Assembly (NCBI GenBank): GCA_963674705.1
Contig: OY771506.1
Coordinates: 2,112,001 to 2,176,000 of the forward strand
Direction of reading: 5' to 3'
Length of the DNA: 64,000 nucleotides
From: Phycisphaeraceae bacterium
Lineage (GTDB): Bacteria > Planctomycetota > Phycisphaerae > Phycisphaerales > Phycisphaeraceae
In this document: positions 59,909 to 64,000 of the stretch, piece by piece
How positions within the stretch are numbered: the first letter of the stretch is position 1
How the letters are laid out: each line of letters opens with the position of its first letter
The notes under the pieces: model-generated
Told to the model about the DNA's origin: nothing
Seen by the model: only the letters and a program-made list of their open reading frames with translations
Databases searched by the model: none
Made by a program: the position numbers and the translations under genes

Positions 59909-60139
59909 ATGATGATTAAGAAGCTATCCAGACAGGGCAATTCCTCCACTCTCATACTCGATCGCACCCTTATGAGCCTTCTTGATTTAAACTGCGATTC
60001 TGAGGTCAAGGTAACGGTTGAGGGTCGAAAGCTTATTGTGGAGCCGCTTACGGAAGAAGAACGCAAGAAGCGATTTGAGGAAGTTCTAAGCCGTACTTCC
60101 CAGAAGAATGCCAAGTTGTTCCGTCGCCTGGCCCAATAA
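59909..60139 (+). CDS. AbrB/MazE-type antitoxin
   Basis: KLSRQGNSSTLIL...KLIVEP...LFRRLAQ; upstream of doc. Confidence 0.88.
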   Translation: MMIKKLSRQGNSSTLILDRTLMSLLDLNCDSEVKVTVEGRKLIVEPLTEEERKKRFEEVLSRTSQKNAKLFRRLAQ

Positions 60140-60157
60140 ATTCCCGGGGACGAGACC

Positions 60158-60553
60158 ATGTCTATTGGCGAGCCGATTTTTCTGACGCTTGATGAGGTTT
60201 TGCAGATACACCATCACCAAATTGCCACCTATGGCGGCGACGATGGTGTACGTGAAGTCGGCTTGATTGAATCTGCCATTGCTCAGCCCCGCCAGAGTTT
60301 TGACGGGGTTTTTATGCACCCTGACGTTGCGTCTATGGCAGCTGCGTACTTCTTCCATATCATCGCAAACCACGGCTTTGTCGATGGCAATAAGCGAACC
60401 GGCGTACACGCGTCTGTCGTGTTCTTAGAACTCAACGGGTTGGAAGTTGAGTGGGATCAAGATGAAGTCGAGTCCCTGGCGATGGGAGTCGCCAACAGCC
60501 AAACCACCAAAGATGATGTGATAGGATTCTTTACGCGACTACTTTCTGATTAG
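60158..60553 (+). CDS. doc: Death-on-curing (Fic/Doc) toxin
   Basis: HGFVDGNKRTG motif. Confidence 0.92.
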   Translation: MSIGEPIFLTLDEVLQIHHHQIATYGGDDGVREVGLIESAIAQPRQSFDGVFMHPDVASMAAAYFFHIIANHGFVDGNKRTGVHASVVFLELNGLEVEWDQDEVESLAMGVANSQTTKDDVIGFFTRLLSD

Positions 60554-60594
60554 AGCGTTCTCAATCCAAGCGTAGCCAGTAGCCACCCTTTACG

Positions 60595-60667
60595 GTCATC
60601 CCCGCGCACGGGGGGGCCACGTGCAGGGATTCACCGGGCGCGTGGATTCCCGCGGCGCGGGAATGAC
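60595..60667. repeat. GTCATYCCCGCG-type REP-like palindrome
   Basis: GTCATCCCCGCG...GTGGATTCCCGCGGCGCGGGAATGAC. Confidence 0.7.
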
Positions 60668-60737
60668 GAGGTTTGTTACTTCGCGTTGTGATGTGATGAA
60701 ACTGAATATTAAACGCTACAGATGGTTTGAAAACGCT

Positions 60738-61547
60738 CTAACTCATATCTGTGTGAGATTTGCGTGTAAATGCGGCTGCGGCAAGGAGTATGATCCATGC
60801 CAGCAGGGCGGCGGTGGCGGTGCTGATGATGTTGTTGATCCAGTCCGTCGGCAGGTAGGGCTGGATGGTGGTGGTCAGCTCCCAGAGGGCTTGGATCGGG
60901 CTGATGCGCATCTGCCAGGACTCGCCATGCCGGGTCATGTCGGTGAAGCCGATCCCGGTCAGCCCCAGCCAGATCGGTTCGCCCAGCAGCAGCAGCAGGC
61001 AAAACAGCATCATACTGATCCTTGCCCAACCGGCCCACAGCATCCTGCCGAGTGCGACAAATGCAGCAATCAACAGCGACCAGGACAGCATTGCCAGGTC
61101 CAGCCAGAGTGTTTGCTGCATTGTCCATTGGCCAACGAGCATCAAGGGCCAGATCACGACCTGCAGGATCGTCGCCAGGCAGAGCCAATCCAGGAAGGTT
61201 GCGCATAGGCAGTTGATGGCGCGCGAACGATGCAGCCTGGATCCGCGGTTCCAAGCCAGTTGTTGACTCAGACGCGCCGCCGGCCAGACGGCCATCATCC
61301 CGAACGCTGCGGAGAAAATCATCCAACGCACCGTGTGAACGCGCGCATCCATCGCCAGTGTGATTGACCATGAAATCAGCAACCAGAAACACCAAAGGAT
61401 GATCAGCGTTCGCAGGCCGAACGGGTCGCTGAGGATGCCATGACGCAGAGCAGACACTGAAGGAACTTTGACTGGAGCAGGCTGCTCAACCGCCGCCGTC
61501 GGCGCCGGCTCGTGCCCCGGATTGGCGATGGATTGAGTATCGGTCAT
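60738..61547 (-). CDS. Hypothetical multi-pass membrane protein
   Basis: About six hydrophobic segments. Confidence 0.75.
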   Translation of the reverse strand: MTDTQSIANPGHEPAPTAAVEQPAPVKVPSVSALRHGILSDPFGLRTLIILWCFWLLISWSITLAMDARVHTVRWMIFSAAFGMMAVWPAARLSQQLAWNRGSRLHRSRAINCLCATFLDWLCLATILQVVIWPLMLVGQWTMQQTLWLDLAMLSWSLLIAAFVALGRMLWAGWARISMMLFCLLLLLGEPIWLGLTGIGFTDMTRHGESWQMRISPIQALWELTTTIQPYLPTDWINNIISTATAALLAWIILLAAAAFTRKSHTDMS

Positions 61548-61663
61548 GCTCTAAGCACCCTGTCTGCCTTTTAGTATCGCGTATAAGTACACAATAGGCC
61601 CATTAAATGGGCTTCAGTATGTAGTTTAGACGTGTTTAGGCGTCTTGGGGTTCGGTGAAGCGA

Positions 61664-62563
61664 TTATTGCAGACGTTCGCCGGGGACGGGGCCGGAGATG
61701 TCGTAGATAGTTCCGCCGTTACTGAGGGCGGTACGGCCTTCAACGAGGTCTCTGAGCGAGTCAAGCTTGGTCTTGGCGTCGGGTTCGATCGCGTTTTCCT
61801 GGCCCGGCGGCAGGCCCCAATCAATGATGCCATTTGTGGTATGCAAGAACAGCCGCAGTCGTCCACGTTCATCACGCTGACTGACATCACAAGCCTTGAT
61901 ATTGCTGACGTAAGGCTCTTCTGAAAGTAGACGCAGCAGCGACAGGCTGACCTGCACGTCTTCACCGGGCCAGATTTTGCCGGCGCTGGCCGGTGGGGGG
62001 CTGGTGACGCCTTGGATCATCATGAAACCGAGGCGGTTGACTTCGTACCCCTGATAGACACCCGGCAGACACACACCCTCTGCATCTACAAGGTGATAGC
62101 CGTCAGAGCTTTCGACAATGGCTACGGGTTGCCGGTACTGCGCTGAAACCAGAACACGCCCGTCATTCCGTCGTGCGATCTGGATCACATCATGTACCCA
62201 CGGGTCCTCTTTCAAGGCTTTTGCGGCGTCCCGCAGGCTGGAGCCGTCCATCGGATCGGGATTGACCTGGGTGGATACGGTTTGCCGTACCTGGTCCCGG
62301 ATGCCTTCGCTCATCCATGCCGGTGCGTCGACGAGTTCAACCATCTCGATTGTTACGGGACCCTGATGTTTATCTTTGGTGTAGTTCAGCAGATAGCGCT
62401 CGCCATAGCGCCAGCCGATGATGAGCGTGATCGCCAGTGCGAAACCGCCCAGCACCTTGAGGCCGGCCAGCGTCCGCTGCGGGTCCCATGCTTTCTGCTC
62501 GGTCAAGCTCGCTTTACGGCGCGACTTGGGCTTCTTTTTCTTGTTTGACAGGAACCAACCCAT
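61664..62563 (-). CDS. FtsQ/DivIB-like protein
   Basis: Basic N-tail, single TM, POTRA-like DPWVHDV..IAR, RQPVAIV...HLVDAEGVCL; GAAGGAG RBS. Confidence 0.7.
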   Translation of the reverse strand: MGWFLSNKKKKPKSRRKASLTEQKAWDPQRTLAGLKVLGGFALAITLIIGWRYGERYLLNYTKDKHQGPVTIEMVELVDAPAWMSEGIRDQVRQTVSTQVNPDPMDGSSLRDAAKALKEDPWVHDVIQIARRNDGRVLVSAQYRQPVAIVESSDGYHLVDAEGVCLPGVYQGYEVNRLGFMMIQGVTSPPPASAGKIWPGEDVQVSLSLLRLLSEEPYVSNIKACDVSQRDERGRLRLFLHTTNGIIDWGLPPGQENAIEPDAKTKLDSLRDLVEGRTALSNGGTIYDISGPVPGERLQ

Positions 62564-62671
62564 GTACCGATAGCACTCCTTCTCGGATATCGCTCTCCAT
62601 GCTATCGGCAACGTACCGCCTGCCCCGCCAAAACCTGCGGAGCAGGCTCTAAACGCATTTTTGAAAAGTTT

Positions 62672-64000
62672 TTATTGTCGCTTACATCTGACGGCACCAA
62701 TCATCCCTGCCAGTAGCAGCATGATGGTAGTGGGTTCAGGGACGCTGACGTCTACAGCCGGTGGTGTCGGGAACTGGGTGCCGTTGTTCCAGTTGAGCAG
62801 GACCCAGTCCAGGTCATCGAGGCCGACGTAGCCGTCGCCTGACGGATCGCCCGCGAGGTAATCGCCCGGCGTGACGTTCTGATTCCAGTTGTTCAGGACG
62901 ATGTCCAGGTCCGTCAGGCCGATGTAGCCGTCGCCGTTCAGATCGCCGTTGAGCCGAAGGACGGTGATGCGGACGTAGTTGGAACCGTAGTAGATGCTGA
63001 AGCCTTCGCCCGGCCCTGCGGGAAGATTCACGGTGCTGAACGTTCCGGTGAGTGTGCCATTGGTGATTAGCACATCGAAGCAGTCGCCGACGGCTGGCGC
63101 ATATCCGTTGATTAATGAGGCGTTGAGTGTGCCGTCGAGCGTCACATCACCCAGGACGGTGAGTCGGTCGTATTCGTCGCCGGGCAGGAGGCCGCCCAAT
63201 TCGACGCTGAATTGGCCGGTGTTGCCGAACGCGAGCGTGCCGACATTCAGAGTGAGTTCACCCGCCGAATTGCCGGGGGCAATTTCGCCGTCGTTGGTGA
63301 TATTCAACGCCCCGGTATTGCCGACCTGGATCAACCCATCACCGGCAAGGGTGCCGCCAACGTTGTTCGTCACCGCCCCGTCGATACGGACGGTGCTTGC
63401 AAGGTCGGCAAGGATCACGCCGTCGTTCGCGAAGCCATCCACGATGTAGAGGGTCGCTTCGTTGACAGCCTCGAGCGAGCCCGTGTTGGTCAATCCGCGT
63501 GCATCCGTATCGACATTCAACGTTGCTCCCGTCACATCGGCGCGTATCGTGCCGTGGTTGGTGATCTGTGTGCGGCCGATGCCGATGTATCCCCGCCCAT
63601 GGATGAGGTTATCGTTGTTGATGAGGTGGCCAAGCGGGTCGCCACCGATATCGCGGATGTATGCGTTGCTGTTTACCAACTGGAGGGTGCCGCCGCCTGT
63701 GAGAGTCACATCCGTTTCGATCCGCAGGCTGGTCCCCGATAAGCTGGAGTCGATCAGCAGCAGGCTGCCAGGGTTATTGGTGAATGTGCCGGTCAGTTCG
63801 ATGTTGTGGGCGTTGTTGATGCGCAGCAGGCCGTCGAGCGTGACATCGGTGAGTATGGCGGTAGCACCGTTGCCGGTTTCGATGACGCCGTTGCCGACGG
63901 ACACAAGTGTGCCGTCCGTGATGGTCGGTCCGTTGGTGAGTCTTACCGCCGAGTCGACCTGGGCCCGGATGGTCCCCAGCGTATTGTTGAATGTCCCGTC
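62672..64000 (-). CDS. Large PEP-CTERM protein with beta-strand repeats and dockerin pair, 3' part only
   Basis: Frame is open to the window edge; N.G.I.A repeats, IAPGNSAG, two GDxxGDGYxGLxDLD repeats, VPEPTT. Confidence 0.9.
   Translation of the reverse strand, partial: DGTFNNTLGTIRAQVDSAVRLTNGPTITDGTLVSVGNGVIETGNGATAILTDVTLDGLLRINNAHNIELTGTFTNNPGSLLLIDSSLSGTSLRIETDVTLTGGGTLQLVNSNAYIRDIGGDPLGHLINNDNLIHGRGYIGIGRTQITNHGTIRADVTGATLNVDTDARGLTNTGSLEAVNEATLYIVDGFANDGVILADLASTVRIDGAVTNNVGGTLAGDGLIQVGNTGALNITNDGEIAPGNSAGELTLNVGTLAFGNTGQFSVELGGLLPGDEYDRLTVLGDVTLDGTLNASLINGYAPAVGDCFDVLITNGTLTGTFSTVNLPAGPGEGFSIYYGSNYVRITVLRLNGDLNGDGYIGLTDLDIVLNNWNQNVTPGDYLAGDPSGDGYVGLDDLDWVLLNWNNGTQFPTPPAVDVSVPEPTTIMLLLAGMIGAVRCKRQ

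Overview
Chromosomal window, probably from a planctomycete of the Phycisphaerae type (inferred from PEP-CTERM proteins with paired dockerin repeats and the REP-like and heptamer repeats). The left ~23 kb is an accessory region stacked at the 3' end of an initiator tRNA-Met gene (23239-23312, minus strand). It holds three layers. (A) A 7.2-kb element bounded by a 43-bp tRNA duplication, with a Rep_trans rolling-circle initiator, a Xis-like HTH, a decayed tyrosine integrase and a nuclease-nSTAND3 defence gene. (B) An apparently intact 11.0-kb satellite-like element (5048-16091) with a large serine recombinase, an NrS-1-like primase-polymerase/SF3 helicase, a sigma factor and a lone protease-major capsid fusion, but no terminase, portal or tail genes. 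It also has a lambda-cos-like motif and a Vsr/NaeI-like/C5-MTase cargo. Its attP can be rebuilt from the two junctions and lies inside the recombinase 3' end, so integration and excision swap the enzyme's C-terminus. (C) A remnant carrying a sibling att arm, a 5'-truncated rmuC and a frameshifted IS. The remaining ~41 kb is mostly core genes: MacAB-TolC-type exporter, two CDF transporters, GH43, GH31, TrmH, GT4, Rieske protein, purC, purD, pheS, fhs, greA, tRNA-Pro, a Doc toxin-antitoxin pair and an FtsQ-like protein. One notable non-coding feature there is an array of four 33-bp palindromes in degenerate repeats around an ArsR gene (53760-55350). All family assignments come from motif recognition by eye; no database search was run.
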